Part shown: one piece after another, positions 48,477 to 61,948 of the stretch
Layout: each line of letters starts with the position of its first letter
Numbering within the stretch: the first letter of the stretch is position 1
NCBI GenBank assembly: GCA_035084275.1
Contig: CM068744.1
Coordinates: forward strand, 75,020,001 to 75,084,000
From: Hydrolagus colliei
Taxonomy: Eukaryota
DNA: 64,000 nt
Direction of reading: 5' to 3'
Translations under genes and position numbers: made by a program
Notes under the pieces: model-generated
Told to the model about the DNA's origin: nothing
What the model saw: only the letters and a program-made list of their open reading frames with translations
Databases searched by the model: none

Positions 48477-50313
48477 GTATCCTTCTTCATCAAGGCCTCA
48501 GGCTTCACTTGGGTCTATTTTTAATCCACCCAAGACCCACGAAGTGGAGCTGCGTGGCTATTTTTAAACAACTATATGTCTTTCCAATTCAGGGATTGGA
48601 GAGCCTCATCTATCACAGGAACAGCCAGTAGCGTTTAGTCCCTTTGCTCCCTCTAAAACTGGAAAGTCTGTATAGTATTTCAGGGAATGGTTATCATGGT
48701 ATCTTGTGTTCAACCTCTCCTGATATTGAAAGACAGTGCCAATGTACTCTATTCCTCCTTTCACATCAGAAGGATGTGAAGGTGCTTAACTGTTCAAGAT
48801 TTGAACCCAGGTTGGGAGTGGGCGGGAGGGACAAGCAGGGGTTAAGGGGTGGGAGGGATAAGATGACTGAGAGCACGGTCAAAGAGGAAGCATTGTATTC
48901 CTTTATGATATAGATTTATGTTTATTTAAAACTTTGATAGCAGTTGAGATCTCACACCATTACTCCCCTCCACCCCCCCAAACCCCCTTCAAAAAGAAAG
49001 TCAGTGGAAATGTGTGAGTAAGGAAAAGAGCAAGAAAAAGAGCAAACATGAGCCTGTGGTGTAACTGAGGCCTTTTACTCACAGTGAATAAAGGGGACTC
49101 AATGGCATAATTCTGGTATAACCACCATCTCCACAACACAGCTGCAGACAGCCAAATGTGTTTGTATGCAGACGGGTTAAATCTACAGCCTATCATTTAG
49201 GATCGAGATAGTCTTCAATTAGTGCAGATTTTACATGTTTGTCTGTTGTTTTTTTATTATATACAGTATATACAGTATTAAGGAGTTTCATTTGAAATCA
49301 CTTACAAAGAGCAATAATCTTGAGACGCTGACAGAGTGCTGTGTGAGGCCACAAGAGAGCACTTTGCTTGTCTCCGCGCACAGCGGTGAGAATAGATGGA
49401 GCACATTAGTCTCTTGAGCAGTGCATGAACATGTTGGGCGCTCACTCTTGAAACATGTGTCTAATGGTTAGACCACATCCCATGCAAAACAGTCGGTCAG
49501 TCAGGAGGGAGAGAATGAGGGGTGGGGCAGGTGGTGGGCATGGGCCCTGCTAGGCAATGGGCCCTGGTTCAAGCAATGGTGCAATCCCTTGCTAGGCAAT
49601 GGTGCCTGGTGCAGTTTGATTGGTCACACCGGTCGGTGTCTGACACATACTGAAAAGGCTTAAAAGTAATCAAACCAGACAATTCCGTATATGTAATGAC
49701 ACCTACACAGAGCGCTTGACAAAGAAAGAAATATAACCAAACAAAAGCACAAATATAAATCACACACAGGGTTTTAATGTTTCATGACTATTACAGATGG
49801 TTGCCTCCTTAGATCTTAGCCTTACGGTCCAGCAAGATCCCCAGGTTTGTTTCTCAGCCTGTGCTGAGCGAGCTATTATAAACTAGTGTGGCAATAGGAC
49901 TGCTACAATTGACTTCAGGGTCACGCAAAGGAAAACGTCAACTAAGACTGAAGATTGGGATTGGAGCAAATTGCTCCAGTGGGAGGTGCAAGCATCATCT
50001 CTGGGACAAAAGATCAAAGGGCCTCCCAAGTTTGCTGGGAAATTTCCACGATATTCTGATTTATGTTTTACCAGCCCTGATCAACCTCCAGTGATTCTTA
50101 GAGTTCACTGTCATTATCCAGTAACTTGTGTTGAGAGTATTAATAGCAGCCTGTCCGGATGGGCCTAATAGCCTGTCTCTGAGCTGCATTATCTGTGAAT
50201 CTACGATACAGCACTTAACAAGGCCATTCGGCATAACTCGTCCATGTTGGTAAGAGGTTCTGTTGGAACCTCCAAACACTGAATCGGTTTACACAGAAAT
50301 ATTGGTGTAGACA

Positions 50314-50326
50314 TCAATCAATCAAT

Positions 50327-50357
<31 letters not shown>
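50314..50357. repeat. (TCAA)n microsatellite at an L2 tail remnant
   Basis: Seen directly; followed by ttcacgttgagaggatgtcccaaagcgctg. Confidence 0.9.
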
Positions 50358-51084
50358 AATGTTCACGTTGAGAGGATGTCCCAAAGCGCTGTACAGTTAG
50401 GTAGCGACAAGAGCGGTGGGGTGGGGGGTGTTGGGACAGTTTGAAGAAGAGTAGGGAAATTGACTGTTTATTTGTGGGCAAAACCCACCAGCCAAATTGC
50501 GTACAGCAGTGTCCCACAAACAGTCGTGAAAGTGGGATTAGGGGGAAAAGGGGGGAAAGATGGCGAGGGGCGGGGTCGGGGTAAGGGGAAGGAGAGCAGG
50601 AAAGCCGACTGTATATTAGTGGTACCAGAGGTTGGCTGGTAATTGTGGAGTAGAGGAGGGGAGTGGGGAAAGGGATAAATAAATTTTAAAAGGTGTGAAA
50701 GGCTCAAGGCTTCACAGTGATAATTATCATTAAAATTTGCCTCTCCGGAACCAAGCTATACAGAACCAGAGGGCTCCAGCTTCACATATTGAAACTTGAA
50801 GCTATGTTGAAAGATGTCTGTAGGAAAGGGTGTGTGTTGTCTCTCAACTTACAGGTTTGAACTGCAGCATTTGTTTTACACAGTACCTGCAGCCCCAGGT
50901 CATACAGAGATGAATATATCCCAAATTTCCTTGTTTTAACTGCAGCTCACTGTTGATTGATGGGAAAGAAAACACAGGTATTGTGAAGGTATTGTGAGCG
51001 TGTGCCTTAAATATTTCACCTTTGAAAGCTTAAAATCAAATGGTTGTGGAGGTGCCATGGAACATTCAGCGCCGATATGTATCA

Positions 51085-51325
51085 ACAACAATCACCACAA
51101 CCAAATTACATTTTTATAGCGCCTTTCACATCTGGAGGACTTCCCAAGACGCTGGACAGTCAGTGTTTCAGACCCGAGCTGGGGTCGGGATCGGGGAGGA
51201 TGGAGCGAAAGGAGGGGATTTGGGGTAACCAATGGGACAGTCGAAAAGGATGGTCTTGAGGCGATACTTGAAGGAATCCAGGGAGGGGGCGAGGCAGAGG
51301 GAATGCAGGATGGAATTCCAGAGGA
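51085..51325 (-). mobile_element. L2 3' end
   Basis: Family tail and 3' UTR. Confidence 0.8.
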
Positions 51326-51399
51326 TTGCGGAATGGAATTCAACAACACCATAACGAAATCACATTTATAGAGAACCTTTCATATGAGGAAGAATTTGA

Positions 51400-52280
51400 G
51401 AAAAGAATAGGCGAGGCATGGGGAGGGGTGCACAGAGGAGTCGGTTGGTGCTGGAGAACAGGAGCCTGGGGTTGCCCTTTGGCTCCAAGAAAATCTTGGA
51501 GTAGAAGGACGATTTGGCAGAGATGAGAGCAGAGTGGTATGTTTTAATGTGGTCCAGCCAGGTATGCCAGTGGGCTATTAGGCCAGATTTGAGCTAGGTG
51601 CGTTCTATGGCCCGACCTGACTCTTGAGGGACAGAGGTGGCTGGTGAACCAAGGTGAGGTCTGTGAATAGGAGGCAGTTTGGAAAGTGAGGGGGCAAGAA
51701 CATCGAGAATGGTGGAGAGGGTGTTATGGAGGAGAGTGAATGAGCAGGATAAATCAGTGCAGAGTGTAGGCTAATGTGGAAGGAGTTCAGATGACTCCAG
51801 GGCTGCAGAGACGGATTGGGGGAAGACTTAGTTCCAGTGATGATAGAGGATGAGGTGGGTTTGGTGACAGTGAGTAAAGAGAGATTGAGGAGTTGAAGGA
51901 GAAGAGGTGGTGATCGGAGATAGCCTTGTCTGTAATGATGATATCTGAGACATGGAGGCCCATGGCGATCACCAGGTCCGAGTGGGTGGCTGTGAACTTG
52001 GTGGCAGAGTAGATGTGGAGAGAGAGGTTGAGACAGGAGAGGAAAAGTCCGAAGAGATGAAGTAGGAGGGAGTGAGATGAAGGTTGAAGTTGCAGAGGAT
52101 GAGGAGGCATTCAGAACAGAGGCAGAGGGAAGCTGGGAGGGTGGAAACCTTAGAGATGAAGGTGGGGGAGGTTTTGGGGATGGGGGGGCTGCTAAATGAG
52201 GATTTTGAGAGATAGATTGGGAGGATGACTGAGAGTAAGAATGAGGGGAATGAGCCAGAGGAGTAGGGGGAAAGAGCACG
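51400..52280 (-). mobile_element. L2 ORF2 N-terminal (APE endonuclease) remnant
   Basis: SCLNLSLHI...DLVIAMGLHVSDIIITDKAISDHHL, including the APE SDH motif. Confidence 0.7.
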
Positions 52281-52414
52281 TATCAGGCAGGAAGGGAAGG
52301 AGCTTCCTTCTGAGATTGGAGCACTCTGTGAAATGACTACCTGCTGTTTTACCTCTATATTAGTGGTGGATCGGTGGTGGGGTGGGCAAGGGGCAGTAAC
52401 ATCGTCCCAGATGT

Positions 52415-52830
52415 TGGCGGGGCTCAGTTCGTGGAAGTCTAAGTTCTGAATCTGAAGGTTATGGGTTCAAGATCCACTTTATGACTTGCAATTCACATAG
52501 TTTAAGCTGACACTCCAGTGGAGTGCTGGGGGAGTGCTGTATTGTCGCTATCCTTCGAATGAGATGTTAAACTGAGGTCCCCTCTGCCTCTTCAGATGGA
52601 TGTTAGATTCCTTGACACCTTTTGAAAAGAAAAGAGAGTTTCCCCCAGTGGCGGGGCAACACTTCTCTGGATAAAATGAGTCATTAACTTCATGGCAGTT
52701 TGCAGAACTCTGCTGTGTGAACACTGGCTGCTCCATTCAGCTGCAAAATATGCTTTATTTTAATCCTATGAAGTGCTTTGAGGTGGCCGCCTGATGTAAA
52801 AGGTGCAATGTCAAATGAAGGGATTAGTAT
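52415..52830 (+). mobile_element. Old Deu-type SINE, near full length
   Basis: ggctcagtt...gaaggttatgggttcaag...gctgacactccagtg...gatgttaaactgaggtccc...tail. Confidence 0.7.
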
Positions 52831-53083
52831 TGTGATTGTAAACAAATGCTCACTGCCCCTGGTTTGAACACTATGACCAAAAAAAATTATTAAATCGTAA
52901 GAGCACCACAAACAGATGTTGCTCGTGACTTTGAACACAGCAGCCAGCGGCTCAACTACCTTCAGAAAAGGACAGATGCCCTCATTCGGTGGAAAAACAG
53001 CTGTCAAACTTTTGCGAAACAATACCTTTAATTCTTCCCTCAACCTCTCTTCCAAATACCTCCTTAACGCAAGATCATAACAG

Positions 53084-53258
53084 ACTGGGAACGAGTGGTG
53101 GCTGTGTGCCAGGCCTCTCTGGAAAAGGATCAAGCTCATCTCCCTGACACTAACCTTTATGTGCTGAAGATGTTGGACCTCGGGATGGATGGCTGCATTA
53201 ACCTGGCCCGCTGGGAAGATGCTCTACAATACGGTGTAAGGACTCTGTGGCCATTCCA
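53084..53258 (+). CDS. SMYD3: SMYD3 coding exon (exon 10 equivalent), TPR-like CTD: (D)WERVVAVCQASLEKDQAHLPDTNLYVLKMLDLGMDGCINLARWEDALQYGVRTLWPF
   Basis: cag acceptor preceded by a U12 branch motif, gtaagt donor; 175 bp. Open in the phase left by the previous exon and resembles human LPDINIYQLKVLDCAMDACINLG (recalled). Confidence 0.95.
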
Positions 53259-53757
53259 GTAAGTAGCAATCCAATGGTTACCATGATCATCTGTGATCTC
53301 CTATCCTCTTACCAACCTTCCCGCTCCCTCCGTTCAGCAGGCTTTGGCCTGCTCCACGTCCCCCAATCCACCTACGGATCTGAAGCAGTAACTGTGCAGC
53401 ACCTTGAGATGTCCTCCTGACGTGAAAGGCGCTATACAAATATAATTTTGTTGTTGTTGTTGTACATGTGCCCTCCAACAGGTGTTGTGCTTGTGTATTC
53501 TCACCCGTACTAAACTCCTCACCCGATCACCCCGGTCCTCTCTAGGCTCATCCATTGACTCTAAATGGATCAATATCAACATCCTCATCCTAACGTATGA
53601 ATCACTTCACCCCCCGAGCATCTCCCTCTCTCTCTCTGATCTGCCTATGCCCCACTCCTCAGTTTGTCCCTCCACTCAACTGACACACACCTGCTGCATT
53701 TCTCTTGCCACTTTGGTCACTACCTTCCTAACCTCTGGAACACCCGACCTGGATTTT

Positions 53758-53891
53758 NNNNNNNNNNNNNNNNNNNNNNNNNNNNNNNNNNNNNNNNNNN
53801 NNNNNNNNNNNNNNNNNNNNNNNNNNNNNNNNNNNNNNNNNNNNNNNNNNNNNNNNNNNNNNNNNNNNNNNNNNNNNNNNNNNNNNNNNNN
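53758..53891. other. Assembly gap (134 N)
   Basis: Run of N. Confidence 1.
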
Positions 53892-53992
53892 CTATCAATC
53901 TATCAATCTATCAATCTATCAATCTATCAATCTATCAAATCTATCAAATCTATCAAATCTATCAAATCTATCAAATCTATCAAATCTATCTA
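53892..53992. repeat. Tandem repeat switching from (CTATCAAT)n to (CTATCAAAT)n
   Basis: Seen directly, abutting the gap. Confidence 0.95.
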
Positions 53993-55378
53993 ATCTTAAT
54001 ACCTTCCGGTTTAACGACGGCTATGGACACCACTTCCTTCTTCCTTGCTTGGTGTTCAATCCCACCACCGTGAAGTTCTCTTGCAGAGATGCTATCCTGC
54101 ATGAAAGCACTATTGTATACTCAAGTTGTTGTATACATCTATCATCGCCTGTACCACACAATCACCTCCACTTCCCTCTGACACACAGAGATTTCAGTGT
54201 TGCTCTCGCTTGATGCCGGAGAGTAGCACAGTGGAGGGGAAGGGGATGAGAATAACATAAGTTGCACTGCATAACTGCTTTGAAGTCTATTTTTCAATCT
54301 ACATTTGTCTCTGTTGTTTCACACGATGGACCCGGCATTTCAGATGTAACAAATATTTTTCTGCCGTGCATCCATTTCCCCCCATTTTGTCTCCCAGCTA
54401 ACGTAACTGTTGCCACTGGGTGGTGCTCCAGAGCAAGCTAGTACAAAGCTCCTTATTGGTTAGCACCCAGTAGACCTTGAGTTACATAGACAACAGCACC
54501 ACAAGAGACCATTACCCCAGATACTCTACACAAGCCTCCACCCATCCTAAATCCCTTCTCCCTAGTTTCCCCTCAAATCCCTCTATTCTACACAAATACA
54601 CAGCCACTACACTTCTCGGTAAAATTCCATAAAGCGCTCTCAGACATCTCAATGATAAGACTCTTTATGAAATGCAAGGATTATTATTTTCACCCACAAA
54701 ATACAGTCAATTCACTTTCCAATTATTCTGTGAAGCACTTAGAGATGTCCATATCAAATGAAAGGGTCATTATTGTTATGTTATTACAATTTTAATCACT
54801 CTTCAAATGTTAATTTCTTCATGGTTTTCAGTGGTGGGCCAAACAGAATAAGAAAACTGCCACTTTACATATGAATGGATATTACTATTTGAGTTTCCTA
54901 AAATAGCTATTTATTATTGTTATTTGATAATATTTTATTATTATTATTATGAACATAATTGCCTTCTCTCTGAATGACGCACCTGCTTTTCCAGGTCAGG
55001 GCAACCCAGATCAAAAGCTAGCCAAATGACTCATGCTGGTTACTGATCCAGCACACTGCCCTTCAGTCACACAACTCATTGTGGGGTCAAACTTGCAGTG
55101 TTTCTTAAAGAGAGAGAACTGTTGAAAGGAACGCATTATGAACCAGATCAATTTCAGCCCTATAACAGAATCCAGCCATAGTCACTCTTTGGCACAGGAA
55201 GCATCCTCTCCGCAAAGCACTGTTAATACAAAGTCTATTTGATATTTTCTCAGCAATATTTGTGCTGAGCTATTTTTGGGCGGATGGGGGTGATTTGACA
55301 AAGAGCATGGAAAGGATTGCCACAGGAAGCTGTAGAAACATTTAACTGTGGGGAGTTAGAGAGAGACTTGTAAAGAAT

Positions 55379-55523
55379 CAAAACATAAAATACTACAGAT
55401 GATAGGAATCTGAAACAAAAACAGAAGTTGCTGGGGAAACTCAGCAGGTCAGGCAGCATCCATGGAGAAAGGAAAATTAGTCAATGTTTCAGGTCTACAA
55501 CCCTGCTTTTCAGGTCTACAACC
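55379..55523 (-). mobile_element. Penelope-like terminal fragment with 10-bp TSD
   Basis: TSD tgtaaagaat at 55369-55378 and 55524-55533; terminal duplication of tttcaggtctacaacc. Confidence 0.8.
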
Positions 55524-57036
55524 TGTAAAGAATGATGAGGTCAAAATTGTGATATGCTAATTATCACATAGTCAGGGAGATGCTCTCTCTCTCCCCGCTC
55601 GCTCCGTCACAATGATATCTGCTCAATGTGACACAAAAATGAGTTGAGCATTAACCGACACTGACCACTGTGAAGGAGCCAGTTTTGCAGGAGAAGGCGG
55701 GAGGGAGAAACTCACATCTGCAACCTATCTTTAGTTATTAAAAAGGTCTTGGTCTCCACGTTTATCAGCAGTGTGTTACTTAACACGTCGCAAGTCATAA
55801 ATTTTCACCCCATTAAGGATTATGAAGAAAAGGCAGGGAGGGTCATGGCAAGATCTGTACCCTTTGACTGCAAGCCCACAGTATCCCAAACCACATTTTC
55901 TTTGTATTCTGTCGTCTTTTCCTTGAATGCCGGTGAGATATTGTGCTTTTGAAGAAACAATTAATGTTTTCCTGCCAATTCACAATCCCCCCACAGTGTT
56001 CCTGCTTTCATAATGTAAAATGTTGAGGGGAGGCAGACAGATCAAGGCCTGCTGTTGTGTCTGTCTCTGCCGGCATTGTGAGTTGTGCTGTCCGGGAAGC
56101 ATTCATCCTCAATGTGACAAGTCATTGGGGGTGTCGATAGGAAAATAATTTTGAATATGTAGGAAAATTGGTGGGGGCAGGAAAGTTCCTGGCTCATGGC
56201 AATACTGTCCAGCTTTTGATCTTATCAACCATAGGGTGTGTTACAGATGAACTTTGAACCACTGACATCCTTACATTTTGTGTCAAAGTTTAATTGCAGT
56301 ATTTTTCCCGTGCCAGTGAGTGGGGGAAAATAGCAGGTGAATATACTGTATCCCTTGACAATCAATTTAAATCTTTTAATTTGGTTCATCACTCTTTTCT
56401 CTTCTTCCAAATGGAGTGGATACAATGAAGTTAAATGCTGTTTTATCTTCATTGCTTTCCATTTAAAAGATTTTGCTCTGTATTGTTGCCTGCAATGAAA
56501 GATACTTCCCTCAGGTGACTGAATCATAGAGGTCTGGAAATTCCCATATTTAATCCCTGCTCCGCGCTAGCACAGGTTACCAGGTAGAGTGGTTTAATGC
56601 CAGGATGCTGGGCTAATTAATTGATCTATAATGGGAAACCCTCATAATTTGTATTCTGGAAGGACATCATGAAAATTTACATTCATATCAGTGCCTTTCA
56701 TGTCAGTAAAAGTCCCAAGGCACTGGATAGTCTAGGATTTGCACATGAGATTAAGGAGGGGTTAGATGTACAAAAGCACGGTCATAGGAAGGTCTTGAAG
56801 ACTGACCTTGAAAGAGGCAAGTTGAAGGGACTTCAGGAATGCACCCAGAGAAACAGGCCTGTGTTCGTTGAGTGGGGGAAGCAGGTGTGTTTATAAGGTT
56901 TAAGGAGGCTATGGAACGAGGGTGGGACAAGACTATGGGTGGATTTCAAGGTTAGTATGAAGAATCTGAATTTGATCTAGTTGGGGAATCGGGGGCCGGC
57001 TGAGCCTATTGCAGTAAAGGAAGCTTGTGGAAGGAA

Positions 57037-57324
57037 GAGAGAGACGGGGTGGATGTGATAATATACAGATAGATAGAGATGTGGGGGATGTGAGAGAGAC
57101 ACAGAGACACAGACAGAAAAACACAGAGATGGAGAGAGTGAGAGACACAGAGAGAGAAAGATATTTACCTCCTGAGGAGATAGGCCCCGAATGCGTACCT
57201 GGAACGCGCGCACCGCGCGCGAATGCGCATTACGAAAAACCCGAAAATATCGATATTTCAGTATATCTTGATATGAGCCCATCGATATATCTAAATCGGA
57301 AAATTTCCATATCGACGGACCCTA
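57037..57324 (-). mobile_element. One-ended copy of the TAGGG hAT element
   Basis: Close reverse complement of about 8279-8600, ending ATATCGACGGACCCTA; truncated where the minisatellite begins in the other copy. Confidence 0.9.
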
Positions 57325-60300
57325 ATGGATACTTACCAATAAAGCATTCCAGCACACTCGGTAAAATGAATAAGTGCGCATGCGCACGCATGTACAAAGT
57401 GAGCATATTCGCGAGTGTCCTGGATGGCTTCAGTATGAGATCCAGTTGCTGGAATGGTGAATTGTATTGGGAGATACCAGTTGGTTGAGTGTTCCGCTTG
57501 GTTGGGTGCCGGATAAACAAGCTTTTACTGTATATTGTTATTTGTAGTTGAGGCCATTGTCATAAAATTGTAGATTGAGCAGAATTTTTGGAAAGTCTTA
57601 AATTGGATCCTCATTTTGGACACTATTTTCACACAGTTCTTAAACAGAAAAACAATTTAAAATTTTGGATAGAATTTTAAATTTCTTAAAAATCTGCATG
57701 TTCATAAATTGTAAGGCAATAACCTTAAGGATTAAAATGGGCAATTTCAGACATCAACAAGTATTTCTTTACACCAGGGATAAATCAACAGCTGGAACAG
57801 TTTACCAGGCAGGGTGGTTAAGGCCAGGATACTAGTTTCATTAAAAAAAAACAGCTTGATGATGCAATGGGAAGACAGCAGGAAGGTGTCTGTGAGGATG
57901 AGATCAAATAAGCTGGAGGCGTTTTGCATTGATCTTGTGACTGTCAAATTACACCATGTTGGAAGAATGGTGCTGAAATCTGAAAAGCACAGACCACATT
58001 GCATGCAGGTACAGGTGTCTATTTTGGTTTGCCGGGAGTGCACGGCTTTGTAGATGCTTTCTTCTTGGAGGCAATGATGCCTCAATTGAATTGAAGCCAA
58101 ATAATTAGCGATATAATGTGTTCCTTTAAATAAGTACATTTGAAAAAATAATTAACCTAGCTGGATTGTACTGATTTCCCTGATGAATAGGGTTATTACA
58201 CATCTGACAAGTTAAGATATTAGCACAACACAGCCCAGCCGTTTAATAAGTGGCATCCAACAATTATAAAAATTATTGTTTTGTCACTTTAAAAAACATT
58301 ATTGTTAATTTCACTGCTGTTCGTAGTAAGCAGGAAAATGCCGGTCGCCTTGACACTTTTATAGTCCTTGCCTCTCTCTCCATTCCCCTCCCCTCCTCCG
58401 CACACAGCAATGTGTAATATATTGATTCATTGAGCAGCACTGCTCCCCCTGAGAGTTGTGTGGTATGTTTCGGTATTCACTGCGAGGTATTAATTGATGC
58501 AAGTAACAGGAGTAAAACAAGAGGGAAGGAGAGTAGATATCCAAGACTACAAGTGCATTTACACAGCAGAAGTAACCGGTTGCTTTCTGCACCAAGTATA
58601 GCATTGCAGATGTGTTCTGTCCACTTAGGATATGTTCCCAAGAAATATAAATATATGTGGCAGCAACCCACAGGGCGCACTGTCTATATGTGCACCACAA
58701 TTCAAGAGAAATAGCAGCATAGAAGATCATACAGAATTTATATATTTTTAGGGTCTGGGTACCAGGTTCCACCAAACAGATGATAGCTTGATCCAAGTAT
58801 GTGAATTACACAGTCCATTGAACACCCTTGCTGTGATAAATTGTGCGCATGCACGACTTGATGTCTCACCAGCTGCAGTCTACTTTGTGTGAGAATACAC
58901 TGCCAGCTTTCAACATCAGAACACTCAGATTCCTTACCAGACTCTTCCTTAGGATGGTCAAAACGTTTGTTGGAATGGGTTTGTGAGGGGGTGAGAAATC
59001 GTATTCATACAAGCATTCACATCGCACCTTCCACATAGAAGAGTTTTCTGAAAACACTTGACAATTGTAGTGGTGAGCACCAAGCAGTAAAGTAGATTTA
59101 AAGATATTGCCCAATGACACAAAAATATGGTTTGAAGTTTTTTTTGAAGCAGAGAAGAGATGTGGTGCAAAACCATTATTATATTTATTCTGAAAACCAT
59201 TGTAGATAATTAATTATAATGATTTCATTCCACTAGTGAAGCAAAGTGATTGAGCGATAGGTTGGAGTCAAGAGTATAGTGTCCAGGCTGGAATTTAGGG
59301 TGCGATGAGATTGTGAATGGATTTGAAGACCAAGTTAGGGATTGTAAACTTGATCTTCTGAGGTGTTGGGAGCCTATTGAACCTTGTGAATAAATGAGTT
59401 TCCCTGTAAAACACACAGTGACTCCACTTTACAGTGAATGTTTGTGAAGCACTTTTGGACGTGAAGGGCAAAACAGTAAACGTAAGGATTATTATGATTG
59501 AATGTGATTCTCTGGGCAAGGGAGATGGTTTCAGAGTTCTACATGATTTGAAGTTTCTGGCAAGGAAAAGGCTATCTTTGAGGTGCCAAAAGCAGTATTG
59601 AGGCATTATTTGGACTAAAGGAAGTCTTTCATAATAATAATAAACATTGTATTTGATATACTGCAGTGCTTTTCACATTTCATGCCTCAAAAGATTTTTG
59701 TGAGCATGTTAGATTTGGAAAAGTTAAACTTGCCGGCACTCTCAAACCATTGCAATAATTACTTTGGGTAAAACATAGTAATGTAGAGATAAACTGGATG
59801 TCGGTAAGAGTTAAATGGGAGAGTTAAAAGCAGTGTGGAACATCCAGTAATATGCATTACTGGAAAGCCAATGAATCATAACTGTATTGTACTTGTCATT
59901 CTCTCCTTAAAGAGTTAAGAAGGTTATGTTTCTGCAGTTACTTTGGCAGTGGCATTTATTGAAATAGTTTGTGTGCTATGTAATAGTAATGTTCCTTTGA
60001 TGACTGGGATAAAGGAGCACCACATATGAAGCTCAGGTTTGAAGCTGTTTTTGTCACGTGTGGTCAGTACAGGGCTTGACAAAAAGTGACCTCTTCTTGT
60101 AGCTTTTGACTCATTATGTTTTAACAAAATGCAGGTCTGAAAACTGATCATTGGTTTTGGCTGGGACTTCATTATTTTTATTTCTTCACAGAATCTATTT
60201 GTTTGTTGAAATTCCTTGGTGTTTGAACCTTTTTGTTGCTTTGGCTCAGAGTTATTCAATAACTTTAGGTTAAGAAAACCTCTCTATCTTTATCTCTGGT

Positions 60301-60774
60301 GAGAGATGCATGGGTTTTTAGATGCTGAGGGACATGAGTGACATTGATGGAAGCAGGCAACAGTATTTGACTTACATTTAAGGCAATAGACAACTTGTTT
60401 AAAATGAGCAAAGCCTCAGGTGATACTGGAGACCAGAAGGGCTGTTTACCCTAGAAACTAGTGAATGTGTGGAGAAAACCTCAATCAGCAACAGTTGGAA
60501 ATGGGATGGTTGGAATGTGCACTTCTCTGCCACAAACCCCAGTTAAAGCAGAAAAACACACACACACATTGTTACGAAAGGGAATGATATGCATGCTTGA
60601 AAAAGAGGGCTATTGATGGCACTGGGTATGCACAAGAGAGTGTGGAATTAAATCAAATAGCTCATGGAGTTAACGCATCAGGAAGACTCGATGGGCCGAA
60701 TTACATAGTTTTGCCAGGCTATGATTCAGTAGGGTTACAGGTGCTAATTCCTCCATGTCCTCTACCGTTCCAAA

Positions 60775-61240
60775 CTCTGTGACCCCATCTCCCCCGTCCT
60801 TGCCCGACTCCATTGGCTCCCCATCATCCAGAGGATTGAATTCAAGATCCTGGTCCTCACATTTAAAGCCCTCCACAACCTCGCCCCACCCTACATCCGT
60901 GACCTTCTATCCCCTTACCAACCTGCCCACCCCCTCCATTCAGCAGGCTCTGGCCTGCTCCACATCCCCCGACCCACCCGCCCAACCATTGGCAGGCAAA
61001 CCTTCAGCCACTCTGCCCCCAACCTCTGGAACTCCATCCCACAGTCCTCTGCCTTGCCCCCTCCCTGGCATCCTTCACGTCTCGCCTCAAGACTCTCCTC
61101 TTCGATGGACCCATTGGCACCTCCTTCCACCCCACCCCCCTGTTTTCAGCTTGGGTCTGAAGCAATGACTGTCCAGCGCCTTGGGACGTCCTCCTGACAC
61201 GAAAGGTGCTATACAAATGTAATTTTGTTGTTGTTTTTGT
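60775..61240 (+). mobile_element. L2 3' fragment with intact tail
   Basis: LARLHWLPIIQRIEFKILVLTFKALHNLAP; tail ...gaaaggtgctatacaaatgtaattttgttgttg. Confidence 0.9.
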
Positions 61241-61792
61241 GTGTAGGTGTGTGTGTCTACCTGCCTCCTTCCTTCTTAACCATCCAGATTAATTCTGCCT
61301 ATACGGAACCTCTGGGTTGGTGCTTTCCATGAATCTATTTATTGAATGGCCTCATGTTACAGGAACATCTTAGTTAGTGTTCTTAACTATTAGGACTGTA
61401 TTGAGCAATCTGGATTTAGAAATCACATGTTTGATTCACAAAGTGGTAGGGCACATGATCCTCCTGTGATTCCCACAAGGCAAACATTTAATCCTGGTTT
61501 CGCCACGAGAATGAGACTACAAAGTGCAAGCCATCTTTCCCCTTTAATGCCCTCAAGTCTGTGCATTTTCTTTCATGTAACATCCTTCATTACTGCCTTC
61601 AGCAATAATAATAATAATAATACTCCTTGCATTTGATATAGCACCTTATCAGATCACCAAGATGTCTCAAAACGCTTCACAGGATATATTGTAAAGTAGA
61701 TTTTGTAGTTTATCTCCGGACATCTGTTTGAATTATGTGACCTATTGCTGGTTGACTGATGCCACCGTAGGCATATGGTTTTAGACATGAAG

Positions 61793-61793
61793 A

Positions 61794-61821
<28 letters not shown>
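61793..61821. repeat. (CA)n microsatellite
   Basis: Seen directly. Confidence 0.95.
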
Positions 61822-61824
<3 letters not shown>

Positions 61825-61948
61825 TACAAGCTCAATCCACTAAGCCTCTGTAGTCCTTGTGTGGAATCGTCCTGTGTGATGTAGGCAGGGCATCAGTATT
61901 TAATGGGAGTGTTTGTTTCTTTAGGAGATAACCTGGGCAATGCACATG

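Larger units (their letters stand above)
48477..53083 (+). other. U12-type (minor spliceosome) GT-AG intron of SMYD3
   Basis: 5' site GTATCCTTCT; branch site TCCTTAAC at 53061-53068, 15 nt before the acceptor end; no polypyrimidine tract between branch site and CAG. Confidence 0.9.

Noticed and set aside
53482-54213. 243-aa and 109-aa ORFs
   Set aside because: They span the N gap, a microsatellite and an L2 remnant.
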